This document shows, in pieces, positions 21,289 through 30,986 of a stretch of 64,000 bases of DNA. Under the pieces are notes generated by a model. The model searched no databases. It saw only the letters and a list, made by a program, of their open reading frames with translations, and had not been told where the DNA came from. The DNA is from an uncultured bacterium. GTDB taxonomy: Bacteria; Zixibacteria; MSB-5A5; CAIYYT01. Position numbers and translations under genes: made by a program. How positions within the stretch are numbered: the stretch's first letter is position 1; each line of letters opens with the position of its first letter. The stretch covers positions 1,472,001-1,536,000 of the forward strand of contig CAVSCK010000004.1 of the NCBI GenBank assembly GCA_963726455.1, given 5' to 3'.

Positions 21289-22674
21289 ATGAAGGAATTG
21301 AATTCTACTTTCGAACTTCTGAAAAAATACGATAAGCCCGGTCCGCGCTATACTTCCTATCCCACGGCTCCCGAATTTCGGCATGACTTCACCACTGTTG
21401 ATTATACCGATGCTCTCACCCGTGCCGGCAAGAACGTCGATTCACCTCTTTCACTGTATGTTCACATTCCTTTTTGCGCCCAGCGCTGCCACTTCTGCGG
21501 TTGCACGACTGTCATTACGCACAGCGAAGAATCCGTCAACAAATATCTCGCCGCTCTCGATATCGAACTGACAAACATCAGCAAGCATCTCGGATCGCGC
21601 CGGCAATTACTGCAACTCCATTGGGGCGGCGGCACGCCGACTCATTTGAATGTAGCGCAAATCGAGCAACTCTTCCGTCAAATCACCGATCGCTTTTCGA
21701 TTCTTCCCGATGCCGAGGTTGCCATCGAGGTTGACCCGCGCGTTACGTCCGATCAGCAAATCGAAAAACTCCGCGCTCTCGGCTTCAATCGCCTCAGCAT
21801 GGGAATTCAGGACTTCACCAAAGTCGTGCAGGCCGCTATCGGTCGCTGGCAGACTTTGAACCAGAGTGAGGCGCTCTATCGTTCCTGCCGCGCCCTCGGC
21901 TATCGCGGCCTCAATATGGATTTGATCTACGGCCTGCCGAAACAGACAGTCCCTGATTTTGCGCGATCTATTGACCATGTCATCCGCATGCGTCCCGACC
22001 GAGTGGCCGTTTACAGCTATGCCTATTTACCGGCACAGCGCTCCAATCAGAAATTGATCAGCCCGTCCTGGCTGCCGACTCTCGAGGACAAATTCCGGCT
22101 CTTCGCCACGGCCGTCGACAAATTCCTGGACGCCGGCTACATCCAAATCGGCATGGACCATTTTGCCTTGCCTGACGACGAATTGGCGATCGCCCTGTCA
22201 CAGCAGACGTTGCACCGCAATTTCATGGGTTATACCACTAAACCCGCTGCTGACATGATCGGCCTTGGCATGTCCGCCATCGGTGACCTCGCCGCCTGCT
22301 ATGCACAGAATATTTCGCGCATCGGCTCTTATCATGCCGCCATCGAGGAGAAAGGCCTCGCGACCTACCGTGGCTATCACCTTTCGCAGGATGATCTCAT
22401 CCGCCGCCGCCTGATTACATTCCTCATGTGCAATTTCATTCTGCCGTTCGATTTGATTAAGCGCGAATTTGGCGTCGACTACTTCGAGTATTTCCGCGCC
22501 GAGGATGCCCAACTCGACCAGTTCATCACCGACGGTTTGCTGCTGCGGCGTCCCGATGCTCTCGAAATTACTCCCGCAGGGCGCATCTTCATTCGCAATA
22601 TCGCGATGGTCTTCGATGCCTATCTGCATCGCGCGGACAAACCGGGACAGCACACTTTCTCGCGCACGATCTGA
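21289..22674 (+). CDS. hemN: Oxygen-independent coproporphyrinogen III oxidase (radical SAM)
   Basis: GPRYTSYPTA, HIPFCAQRCHFCGC, HWGGGTP, IGMDHFA, HRNFMGY, C-terminal FSRTI. Confidence 0.97.
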   Translation: MKELNSTFELLKKYDKPGPRYTSYPTAPEFRHDFTTVDYTDALTRAGKNVDSPLSLYVHIPFCAQRCHFCGCTTVITHSEESVNKYLAALDIELTNISKHLGSRRQLLQLHWGGGTPTHLNVAQIEQLFRQITDRFSILPDAEVAIEVDPRVTSDQQIEKLRALGFNRLSMGIQDFTKVVQAAIGRWQTLNQSEALYRSCRALGYRGLNMDLIYGLPKQTVPDFARSIDHVIRMRPDRVAVYSYAYLPAQRSNQKLISPSWLPTLEDKFRLFATAVDKFLDAGYIQIGMDHFALPDDELAIALSQQTLHRNFMGYTTKPAADMIGLGMSAIGDLAACYAQNISRIGSYHAAIEEKGLATYRGYHLSQDDLIRRRLITFLMCNFILPFDLIKREFGVDYFEYFRAEDAQLDQFITDGLLLRRPDALEITPAGRIFIRNIAMVFDAYLHRADKPGQHTFSRTI

Positions 22675-22678
22675 GATA

Positions 22679-23703
22679 ATGGCTACCGCGCTCGAACGAA
22701 TTCAGGCAGTCACCGGGAACAGACCGCAGTTCGATCCGGCGCGGGAAATCTGGGGTGTGCTGTTCGTCAATATGGGTGGCCCCGAAAAAACGGAAGAGAT
22801 CAGACCCTATCTTTACAACATCTTCTCCGACCGCGCGGTTATTAACTTCCCGTTGGCGCCTCTCTTGCAGAAGCCAATGGCTCGTCTGATCTCGACACTT
22901 TCGCGCAAAAAGAGTCGCTGCACGTTACAATCTGATTGGCGGCGGTTCACCCCTGTTGAGTTATGATCGCAAGCTGGCTGACGGCGTTAAGCAAATCCTG
23001 ATACGCGAATTCTGCAACATCCGAGTCTATGTCGGCATGCGCTATATCGCAGCCCTTCATCGAAAGCCAGCTACAAGCAGCAATTTCCGATGGTTGCATG
23101 CACCTGCTGGTATTTCCCATGTATCCGCAATACTGTCTGGCAACCACCGGCACCGCTTTCGACGCCATCACTCGCTACCTTGCCGATCATTCGAGAGCAT
23201 TGTCGCTCGATGCAATACCTGACTATTATGAATCTGCCGGATACATTGCATTACTGCGCAAACGTATTGAGCAGGCATTCGCTAGGACACAAGCTGGCTC
23301 GAAAACACGTCTATTGTTCTCTGCTCATTCAGTCCCTGAAAGTATCCGCGCGGGCGGTGATCCTTACGTCAACCAGGTAACTCACACTTGCGATCTCGCC
23401 GGACGCGGTTATGATTATATGCTTTCCTTTCAATCAGCGACCGGCCCGGTGAAATGGGTCGGACCCGACACCTTGCAAACAATCGACAAGCTCGCCATCG
23501 AGGGTATCGAGCAACTCATAGTCGTACCGGTCAGCTTTGTGTCGGACAACATTGAGACGCTTTACGACATCGATATTGTCATGCAGGAACGTTGCCGTCA
23601 ACTTGGAATGAAACCGCTGATCCGCACCACCATGTTCAATGGCGAACCCGACTTCGCCGAATTCATCGCCGGCCTTGTCCGCGAGAGGATACGCACCACA
23701 TGA
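22679..23703 (+). CDS. hemH: Ferrochelatase, split by two +1 frameshifts (~22900, ~23046)
   Basis: NMGGP, RYNLIGGGSPL, GMRY, PMYPQY, LFSAHSVP, GDPY, FQS, FVSDNIETLYDID are spread over three successive frames. Confidence 0.9.
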
Positions 23704-25097
23704 CTGTCGATCACGAGACTCCGCGTATTGCGATCATCGGTGGCGGCATTTCCGGTTTGGCGTCGCTGCACTTTCTCAAACGCAAGCTTGGTGGACGCGC
23801 ACGGATTCGCCTGTTCGAGGCAGACTCACGGCTGGGCGGTACCATCGGCTCCGACCGCGTTGATGGTTATGTCTGTGACTGGGGGCCTAACGGCTTTCTC
23901 GATCGTGTCCCCTTGACTTTGCAGCTTGTCGATGAAATCGGCCTGCGGGACAAACTTCGTCCCGCTGATCCCCAGGCCGATAATCGTTTCATTTACCGGC
24001 ATGGCCGTCTGCATGCCATCAGCGCTTCCCCGATCAAGTTCATGACATCGCGGTTGCTGTCATTGCCAGGACGGTTGCGTGTGACGATGGAACCTTTGAT
24101 CAAAGCCAGACGCGACGGCGCCGACGAATCCGTGTTTGATTTTGCCGCGCGGCGTATCGGTCGCGAAGCCGCCGAGGCCATGATCGATCCCATGGTCTCC
24201 GGCATCTTCGGTGGTGATGCCAAAGCCGTTTCGCTCAAATCCTGTTTCCCTGTAATGGAGGAAATGGAACGCAATTACGGCTCCCTCTTCAAAGCGATGA
24301 TCGCCAAAAAGAAGTCAGGCAAGAACGCCGGACCTGCCGGACCTTCGGGACGGCTGACCTCGTTCAACAACGGTCTCTTTACGCTTGTCGAGCGCTTCTA
24401 CGAACTATACTCTGAACACATTCAGACCGGCACTCCGACCACAAATATCACTCGAACGCCCACCGGATATCATCTCGAATTTGGCAACGGCAGTTCCGAC
24501 ACCTTTGACGGCGTGATTATCGCAACCCCGGCCTATGTTGCCGCACATTTGTTGAAACGCTCTGATGAATCGGTCTCCGATCTGCTCAGCCAAATTCCCT
24601 ATGCGTCACTTGCCGTCTGTTGCTTCGGTTATCGCGACGACAAACGCGCGCAGGAACTCGATGGCTTCGGATTTCTTGTTCCCCGTAACGAGGGCAAACG
24701 AATTCTCGGCTCGATCTGGACATCGTCGATCTTCCGCGATCAGGCGCCAACCGGAGAAGTTCTGCTGCGCACAATGGTCGGCGGCTACACCGACCCCGAT
24801 GCCGTGCATCTTGACGACAAGGATCTGATCGCATTAGTTCACGGCGAGCTTAGCCAGATACTCGGCCTGCAAACGCAACCTGCCTTTGTGCGAATCTTTC
24901 GCTATGACAAGGGTATCCCCCAATTCATTCTGGGCCACAATGACCGGCTCCGGCAAATCGCGACACGCCTCGAATCTCTCCCCGGAATCTATCTTGCCAG
25001 CAATGCCTATTCCGGCATCGGCCTGAACGATTGCGTCACCCGCGCCGATGAAGTCACCACCGCTCTCGTTCAGCATCTCGCCTGCCCGAAGACCTAA
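23700..25097 (+). CDS. hemY: FAD-dependent protoporphyrinogen oxidase (HemY type)
   Basis: IIGGGISGL, RLGGTI, GPNGF, DGFGFLVP, IPQF, GIGLNDC; ATGA overlap with the hemH stop. Confidence 0.95.
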   Translation: MTVDHETPRIAIIGGGISGLASLHFLKRKLGGRARIRLFEADSRLGGTIGSDRVDGYVCDWGPNGFLDRVPLTLQLVDEIGLRDKLRPADPQADNRFIYRHGRLHAISASPIKFMTSRLLSLPGRLRVTMEPLIKARRDGADESVFDFAARRIGREAAEAMIDPMVSGIFGGDAKAVSLKSCFPVMEEMERNYGSLFKAMIAKKKSGKNAGPAGPSGRLTSFNNGLFTLVERFYELYSEHIQTGTPTTNITRTPTGYHLEFGNGSSDTFDGVIIATPAYVAAHLLKRSDESVSDLLSQIPYASLAVCCFGYRDDKRAQELDGFGFLVPRNEGKRILGSIWTSSIFRDQAPTGEVLLRTMVGGYTDPDAVHLDDKDLIALVHGELSQILGLQTQPAFVRIFRYDKGIPQFILGHNDRLRQIATRLESLPGIYLASNAYSGIGLNDCVTRADEVTTALVQHLACPKT

Positions 25098-25178
25098 TCC
25101 GCAGCGCTTCTCCTCGTCCAAATTTCATACACCTGTGCCCTCTTATCACTTCAGCCACCCCTGACGATATATCTTAAC

Positions 25179-26003
25179 GTGCATAACAGGGTACTCCTCT
25201 ATTCTGCAGCGGCAGTGGCATTCGTGGCACTGCTCTTTCTTGGCGCCGGCCTGGGCAACAGCATTGCCTTCACCAACTTAAATCATCCCCACCGCTCTGT
25301 CGGCTGCAAGAATTGCCACGGGTTTCAAACGCGAGAGGCCGCCTCGGATTCGCTTCAAGGTCAGAAACCGGCCGCGACCGCCCAATGCCTTGAATGCCAT
25401 GCCACCGACCTGCAAAAACCCGGTTTCGCGCAGCTTTTCCACCAGCGTGGCGAGGATTGTGAACGCTGCCACAGCTTCCACAATCCGCAAGTGCTTGTGA
25501 TAAATGGAGACTCCACCGACATCGAGGTAGCCACAGCCGAGCTCTACCAATGTAGTGACTGCCACCAGACTACCACTCTCCCCGAAGTTAGTGCGGGACA
25601 TCAGGAAGCGGCGAAACTTCTGCACGGTGACACCAGGGGATTATTCCGCACCGATCCCAGCGCCTTCTGCCTGGCCTGCCACGATTACGGTGCCGTTCCG
25701 CAGGTTACGTCGAATTTAAGGCCTCCCCAGTTGCACATGGAGGCCAGTCATCCTTACGACATCAGGATCATCCCCGGCTATCGGCGCGCTGGGTCCTCCC
25801 TGAAACTGCAGGATCAGCTTGACCCAATGTACCGGCTGGTCGACGAGAAAATGACCTGTATCACCTGCCATTCCCTGGCCTCAACTAATGCCCAACTTGT
25901 GGTGGCCACAATCGACAAAGGCCTCTGCACCGGTTGCCATGATATGCAGCGTCCCGATGGCTCCTTCGCCGCCCTGTCTCTTCACAAGCAGGTCAATAAC
26001 TAG
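25179..26003 (+). CDS. 7-heme cytochrome c with N-terminal signal or anchor
   Basis: CKNCH, CLECH, CERCH, CSDCH, CLACH, CITCH, CTGCH. Confidence 0.88.
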   Translation: MHNRVLLYSAAAVAFVALLFLGAGLGNSIAFTNLNHPHRSVGCKNCHGFQTREAASDSLQGQKPAATAQCLECHATDLQKPGFAQLFHQRGEDCERCHSFHNPQVLVINGDSTDIEVATAELYQCSDCHQTTTLPEVSAGHQEAAKLLHGDTRGLFRTDPSAFCLACHDYGAVPQVTSNLRPPQLHMEASHPYDIRIIPGYRRAGSSLKLQDQLDPMYRLVDEKMTCITCHSLASTNAQLVVATIDKGLCTGCHDMQRPDGSFAALSLHKQVNN

Positions 26004-26363
26004 TTTCCTAAGCGACCACCACCAACCCAAACTTTCCTGCCATCTGCTAACCTTAGTGAATTGAGGCACAAATCTCTCGGGACCCATGTCCGCCGGCGAC
26101 ATCATCAGGTCGGACTTCGGTTTCCCGTAAAGCACTGTGGAAAGGCCACTAAACCTGTTCGTTTTCCAGCCAATTGGACTCAAAAAAGATTCGGAAAGAT
26201 TTAATTTTCCCTTGCCTTTTTGGTATTTCACCTATATCTTGCGGCGTGCTAGGAGATACCGGTTTTTACTTTGAACGGCACATCGAGTCGCATAAACACT
26301 GGGAATTACTTCACGTTAGTGAATATTAGCTAACTTCGGACTCGAAGAAATTGAAATGTTAAT

Positions 26364-26381
26364 TTGTGAAAAAAATCACAT
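26364..26381. promoter_or_regulatory. Rex/CRP-type operator 1 upstream of the nanowire cluster
   Basis: TTGTGAA-aaaa-ATCACAT. Confidence 0.62.
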
Positions 26382-26459
26382 GAATACCGGCGAAATCCAA
26401 GCTTTCTCCCTTGGTTATTTCCATTTTGCCTTGGCCGACGGATTTTTTTCCACCTCAAT

Positions 26460-26477
26460 ATGTGAAAAGCTTCACAT
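26460..26477. promoter_or_regulatory. Rex/CRP-type operator 2 upstream of the nanowire cluster
   Basis: ATGTGAA-aagc-TTCACAT, perfect inverted arms, about 25 bp before the NHL gene. Confidence 0.7.
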
Positions 26478-26501
26478 GGAAACCCGCCGGTAATCACCCA
26501 A

Positions 26502-27629
26502 ATGATGAATCAACTGCGCAGTCCGCACGAAAGACAACTCCTACGCTTCGGCTCTTCCTGTTTCACGAAGCTGCTCGTCCTATCTCTCCTAGTTCTCGCC
26601 GCTCTCTCTGCGACTACTCCGCTCTTCGCTCAGGGCAACGGCCGTTTAGTGCTGCCGGCACAGTTCGTTCGCGAACTTACTCCTCCCGGTGACGGTGGCA
26701 GCTTCCTTCGTCCCGACAAGATTTTCCTCGATAACCGTTTCAACGAAGTCTTTGTGTCCGACCCGGGATACAATCGGATCGTTGTCTTTGATACCTCCGG
26801 CCTGTACAAATTCGAATTTTCCGGCAACCAGATTTTCGGCACCGCTGATGACATTGTGGTAGACTCCGACGGCTACATTTATGTTCTGGGTTCGACCGCC
26901 GCGGGCAAGAACATCTTTGTTTTCGATTACGACGGCCTCTACCTCAAGAAGCTGGAGTTGACCGGCCTGCCCGCCGGGCAAACATTGGAAATCGATCATC
27001 TCATAATCGATGAAACCAGCACCTTCTACACGATCGACGAAGCCAAAGCGCTGGTGACTTCATTGGGCACCGACGGCGTCCTGAAAAATCAATTCCCGAT
27101 CCTGGCTGATCTCACTGACAAACTGCGGCAGGAAGCCCTCTACGGCACGCCGCAGGTTTACGGCGGCGCCATCTACATCCCGGTTTCTACCGAGGGCTCG
27201 GTGTACGTCTACGATCTCTCCGGCAACTATATTTCCAACATCGGCGTTCAGGGCACTGACGCCGGTTCGCTTAACTTCCCCGTTGCCGTCGCTGTTGCCG
27301 ACGGTGGACAAATACTCACCGTACTGGATAAACATCGCTATGTCGTCGTTTGCTACACGCTGGACGGCAAGTTCATCGGCGAGTACGGCGGCATGGGATT
27401 TAGTCTGGGCTGGTTCTACCATCCGGGCGCTTTCGCCCTCGACAAGTTCAATCGTGCCTACATCAGCCAGGTGTATCTGAATCGTGTGCAAGTCTGTGCG
27501 CTGCCCGATGCCATCATTCAGAAAGCAAAGTCACTGAACATAAAGAGTTCTCAAACACAAACTTCACCACAAAAGCTTGAAACAATGCTTAGAGAGGAGG
27601 TGATCGGGCAAATCACCGAAATCCATTGA
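26502..27629 (+). CDS. Exported NHL-repeat six-bladed beta-propeller (OscD-like)
   Basis: Signal peptide; NHL repeats (FLRPDKI...VFVSDPGYNRIVVFD, LNFPVAVAV, FYHPGAFALD); immediately upstream of the omcS-like gene. Confidence 0.85.
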   Translation: MMNQLRSPHERQLLRFGSSCFTKLLVLSLLVLAALSATTPLFAQGNGRLVLPAQFVRELTPPGDGGSFLRPDKIFLDNRFNEVFVSDPGYNRIVVFDTSGLYKFEFSGNQIFGTADDIVVDSDGYIYVLGSTAAGKNIFVFDYDGLYLKKLELTGLPAGQTLEIDHLIIDETSTFYTIDEAKALVTSLGTDGVLKNQFPILADLTDKLRQEALYGTPQVYGGAIYIPVSTEGSVYVYDLSGNYISNIGVQGTDAGSLNFPVAVAVADGGQILTVLDKHRYVVVCYTLDGKFIGEYGGMGFSLGWFYHPGAFALDKFNRAYISQVYLNRVQVCALPDAIIQKAKSLNIKSSQTQTSPQKLETMLREEVIGQITEIH

Positions 27630-27673
27630 TGATGTTAACTCTAATACCTTGTGAGTGTTTTTGGAGGTTTTCT

Positions 27674-28741
27674 ATGCGTAAGGTTCTTCTCATTGCCATC
27701 TGCTTCGCCGTAGCGCTGTTTTTCAGCGGCGTAGCCTATGGTTTCCATGACGAAGGCGTGGCGCGCTGCAGTGGTTGTCATACCATGCACAACAGCCAGA
27801 ATGGCACTGCGGTAGACACCACAACCGGCCATGAAAACGGTAACGAATACCTGTTGATCAAGGCCAAGCCGTCTGACGTCTGCTTGTCATGCCACGGTGC
27901 CGAACGCGGCGCCGTATTTGGCACCGATCCGTTGGCTCCCCCGGCCGAAAAGGGCCCGGGTAACTTTGTTTTCCTTCTGGAGAACAACATTTATGATGGC
28001 CGCACTGGCACCGTCACCGGCGACGCCGCCGGTCACAACGTCGATGCCCCGTCCAGAGGCGTCGGTCCGGACGCTACCCTGAGCTCCGCCCCGGGTGGAA
28101 CTTTCCCGGCCAGTGCTATGGGTTGCTCCTCCTGCCATGATCCGCATGGCAACCAGAACTATCGTCTTCTGTATGGCGCCGGTGGCGTTGTGCAGGATGG
28201 TATCGCCACGTTCACCAGTGCTGCTCCGACCGCCGAAGGTCTTGGTTTCAGCGCCGCTGCTGAAAGCAACACCAACCACGTCGCCTACAAGGGTGGCTTC
28301 AGCGCTTGGTGCGGAAACTGCCACGGCAATTTCCATCAGGAAGCAGGCGGCAGACTTGAGCATCCGTCCGGCGAAGGCTTGGGCGGCACGATTTCCGGTA
28401 ACTATGGTCGTTACAATGGTACTGCCCATTACAACAGTGGTACTCCGGCGACCTCGTATCTGGCAGCGGTCCCGTTTGAGGATGCAGCCAATACCACCAC
28501 CTCGACTGCCGGCCCGACGGCCTCCAGCCAGGTGTCTTGCATCACCTGCCACAGAGCACATGCCACCTCAGCTCCGGATGCCGGCCGCTGGGACTTCAAT
28601 GTGACCTGGCTCTCTGACGACGGTGTTCGCTCCGGTTCCTATGCTATTCCAAATCCGTACGGTCCCGACGTGGAAATTCAGCGCTCGCTGTGCAACAAGT
28701 GCCACGTGAAGGATGCCGGCGACGTTGGAAGCAATCCGTAA
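27674..28741 (+). CDS. omcS: OmcS-like hexaheme cytochrome (nanowire subunit)
   Basis: GGAGG RBS and signal peptide. Mature N-terminus FHDEGVARCSGCHTMHNS, then GHNV, APGGTFP, CSSCHDPHG, WCGNCH, HPSG, VPFE, CITCHRAHA and terminal QRSLCNKCHVKD, matching my recall of OmcS. Six CxxCH. Confidence 0.9.
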   Translation: MRKVLLIAICFAVALFFSGVAYGFHDEGVARCSGCHTMHNSQNGTAVDTTTGHENGNEYLLIKAKPSDVCLSCHGAERGAVFGTDPLAPPAEKGPGNFVFLLENNIYDGRTGTVTGDAAGHNVDAPSRGVGPDATLSSAPGGTFPASAMGCSSCHDPHGNQNYRLLYGAGGVVQDGIATFTSAAPTAEGLGFSAAAESNTNHVAYKGGFSAWCGNCHGNFHQEAGGRLEHPSGEGLGGTISGNYGRYNGTAHYNSGTPATSYLAAVPFEDAANTTTSTAGPTASSQVSCITCHRAHATSAPDAGRWDFNVTWLSDDGVRSGSYAIPNPYGPDVEIQRSLCNKCHVKDAGDVGSNP

Positions 28742-28801
28742 TCGGATCTTGTGATACAAGCTGTTGAGTTGATACCCCTTATCAGCAACTACAGTGAAAA
28801 G

Positions 28802-28834
28802 CAAAACGCCCGACTGACAAAGCCGGGCGTTTTG
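28802..28834 (+). terminator. Intrinsic terminator or stabilising hairpin after omcS
   Basis: caaaacgcccg...cgggcgttttg, perfect 11-bp stem. Confidence 0.7.
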
Positions 28835-28854
28835 ATTAAATTAATCAGTAAGAA

Positions 28855-30963
28855 ATGAGACAATATTTGTCGCCATACAGACCGATAGCCATATTTGTCC
28901 GCCTTGTCGTCTGCCTGATTGCCCTGTTCCTCGCAGGAATCAGTTCTGCCGTGGCAGGAATTTCGCCCAACCTTTCCGGCACGATCAATGTGTCAGGCGT
29001 AAATTCGCTGTCCGACACACTGCACGAACAGAGTCTCAGCCAGCAGTACGCTATCTACTGGCAAAAGAATCTCTTCCCCTATGTGATGTTGCGCACCTCG
29101 GTTACTTACTTCAATTATGGCCTGAACCAAAACATCGGCGCGAATAGTTGGCGCAAAGAGTTTTCTCCGGTAGCGGAGCTGACGTGGAAGCATCCGTACT
29201 TTAGTCTATCCGGTTCGGCGCAACGCCGCCAGACCAGCAGTAACGACATGCTCACCAACCTGAACAACGATTTTCTGACTGCGAGTCTGCGCACGCGATT
29301 GGCAAATTATCCTTACATCAATGCCCAGTTTCAGCAAAGCGATATCTACAACCGCCCCGATCGCCGTGAGCGCGACACGCGGAACCGTTCGCTGATAGCC
29401 GCGACCGGCTACAGTACGCGAAGCTCGAATGCTTCTTATTCGTTTTCGCTTCGCAACACAATCAACCGCCTGGATCAACGACAACAGAAAGATTATCAGC
29501 ATTCGGTACGGCTGAATCATACCCGCAATCTGGTCGGGAAAGCAGTAAGAACAAGCGTTGGATATTCGCTGGATTATCGCACCCAGCATGATATCACTCC
29601 GGCTGCCAGCATTCTTCCTCGCGAGATCCCCGGGTTGAACGGCCTGTATGCCAACGATGCAACGCCCGACTTGGGCGCGCTTGATAGCATTACATCTTTG
29701 GCAGATGGAAATACTGCCTTACCAACGACGCCTCCGATCGATATCGGCAACGGCAACGTCAACTGGAACCTGGGCGCTGACCTCGGCGCCACGCAGACAG
29801 TCAATAAGATCTATGTCTACACCGACCGTCCCTCCGGCAATGGAGTGCGCTGGGAAGTCTTCAGGTCGGCCGACAATATCGTCTGGAATCAGGTGACGGG
29901 ATCAACGTCATTCTTCAATATCAGTTTCAGCCGCTACGAAATCAGTTTTCCCAGCGACACTACTCGCCTTATCAAGGCCGTAAATTCCGGCCTCAATGAA
30001 GTTCCGACGGTTTTTGTGACTGAACTCGAAGCGCTGGTCGAAATCGGGAACCAGCCCGATATCAAACGGGAGCAAACCATTCATCAGGCAAATTTGAATA
30101 ATACTTTTCTCTTGTCATCCAAACTTACGGCCGGTGCCGATGTCTACTTGCGCCGTGAATCGGGCAGAAGTTTGTCCGTGTTACGAAATGAGACCGATTA
30201 CGCCGCCAGCACGAGATTCAAGTTTTCCGAGGCATTACAGAACGGTGTTCGCTACGAAATCGACCTGATCAACTTTGAAAAAGGCACCCCCGATGTCGAT
30301 AAGACGTCTTCGGTGGCCTATGATCTGCAGTACAGACCAATGGAGACTCTCGCTTTTCTCTTGTCCGCAGCCAGCCGTCACAGCTATATTGGTCCGATGA
30401 AGTCCCAGGAACTCAATAATGCCATTCTGCGGGCGCTTGGCGACCCCTTCGTTCGCTTGCACATCGCGACTGAGGTTGGATACTCAGGCAACAATCTCTA
30501 CGCGGGGAATCTCAGATATAACACCTTCGTCTATAACATGTCAGTCACCGGCGGAATCTTCAGGTTCCTGGACGCCGGCGTGACTTATGGCTATCAGCAT
30601 ACTGACGACGTCAGAAACGCCTTGATACGGACCAAGAACCAATATTCCCTGCTCGTGACCTATCGGATGACGCGCCATATTCTGATGCAGGGAAACGTTG
30701 ATCTGACCCATGACTTCAACAATCGCTACATTTCCCAGGAATACCTGGTAAGCTGGACGGCCTCTCCCAAGCTCAGTCTTTCCGGTTCCGCCTATTTGAC
30801 CGAGCAGTACGGCGCTTCGCGAACCGATAGATACAATGCCCAGCTTCAATATTATGTCACCGCGCGCACGTCGCTGTTGGTGATGTATACCGAGTATGAT
30901 CTGACTCCCACTCTCGGCAATCGCACTGCCGCCATACAGGCCGGTATCAGGACTTCTTTTTGA
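28855..30963 (+). CDS. Outer-membrane beta-barrel with an inserted discoidin (F5/8 type C)-like domain (OscE-like)
   Basis: Signal peptide, amphipathic Tyr-rich strands, C-terminal Phe (AGIRTSF). Central segment LADGN...LGADLG...VNKIYVY...SADNIVW...RLIKAV...VTELEA. Confidence 0.75.
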   Translation: MRQYLSPYRPIAIFVRLVVCLIALFLAGISSAVAGISPNLSGTINVSGVNSLSDTLHEQSLSQQYAIYWQKNLFPYVMLRTSVTYFNYGLNQNIGANSWRKEFSPVAELTWKHPYFSLSGSAQRRQTSSNDMLTNLNNDFLTASLRTRLANYPYINAQFQQSDIYNRPDRRERDTRNRSLIAATGYSTRSSNASYSFSLRNTINRLDQRQQKDYQHSVRLNHTRNLVGKAVRTSVGYSLDYRTQHDITPAASILPREIPGLNGLYANDATPDLGALDSITSLADGNTALPTTPPIDIGNGNVNWNLGADLGATQTVNKIYVYTDRPSGNGVRWEVFRSADNIVWNQVTGSTSFFNISFSRYEISFPSDTTRLIKAVNSGLNEVPTVFVTELEALVEIGNQPDIKREQTIHQANLNNTFLLSSKLTAGADVYLRRESGRSLSVLRNETDYAASTRFKFSEALQNGVRYEIDLINFEKGTPDVDKTSSVAYDLQYRPMETLAFLLSAASRHSYIGPMKSQELNNAILRALGDPFVRLHIATEVGYSGNNLYAGNLRYNTFVYNMSVTGGIFRFLDAGVTYGYQHTDDVRNALIRTKNQYSLLVTYRMTRHILMQGNVDLTHDFNNRYISQEYLVSWTASPKLSLSGSAYLTEQYGASRTDRYNAQLQYYVTARTSLLVMYTEYDLTPTLGNRTAAIQAGIRTSF

Positions 30964-30986
30964 TTCCGAGTGAAAGGTTTTACATA

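Noticed and set aside
26054-26071. Additional Rex-like site TAGTGAA-ttga-GGCACAA
   Set aside because: Three mismatches and far from the next gene; too weak to call.
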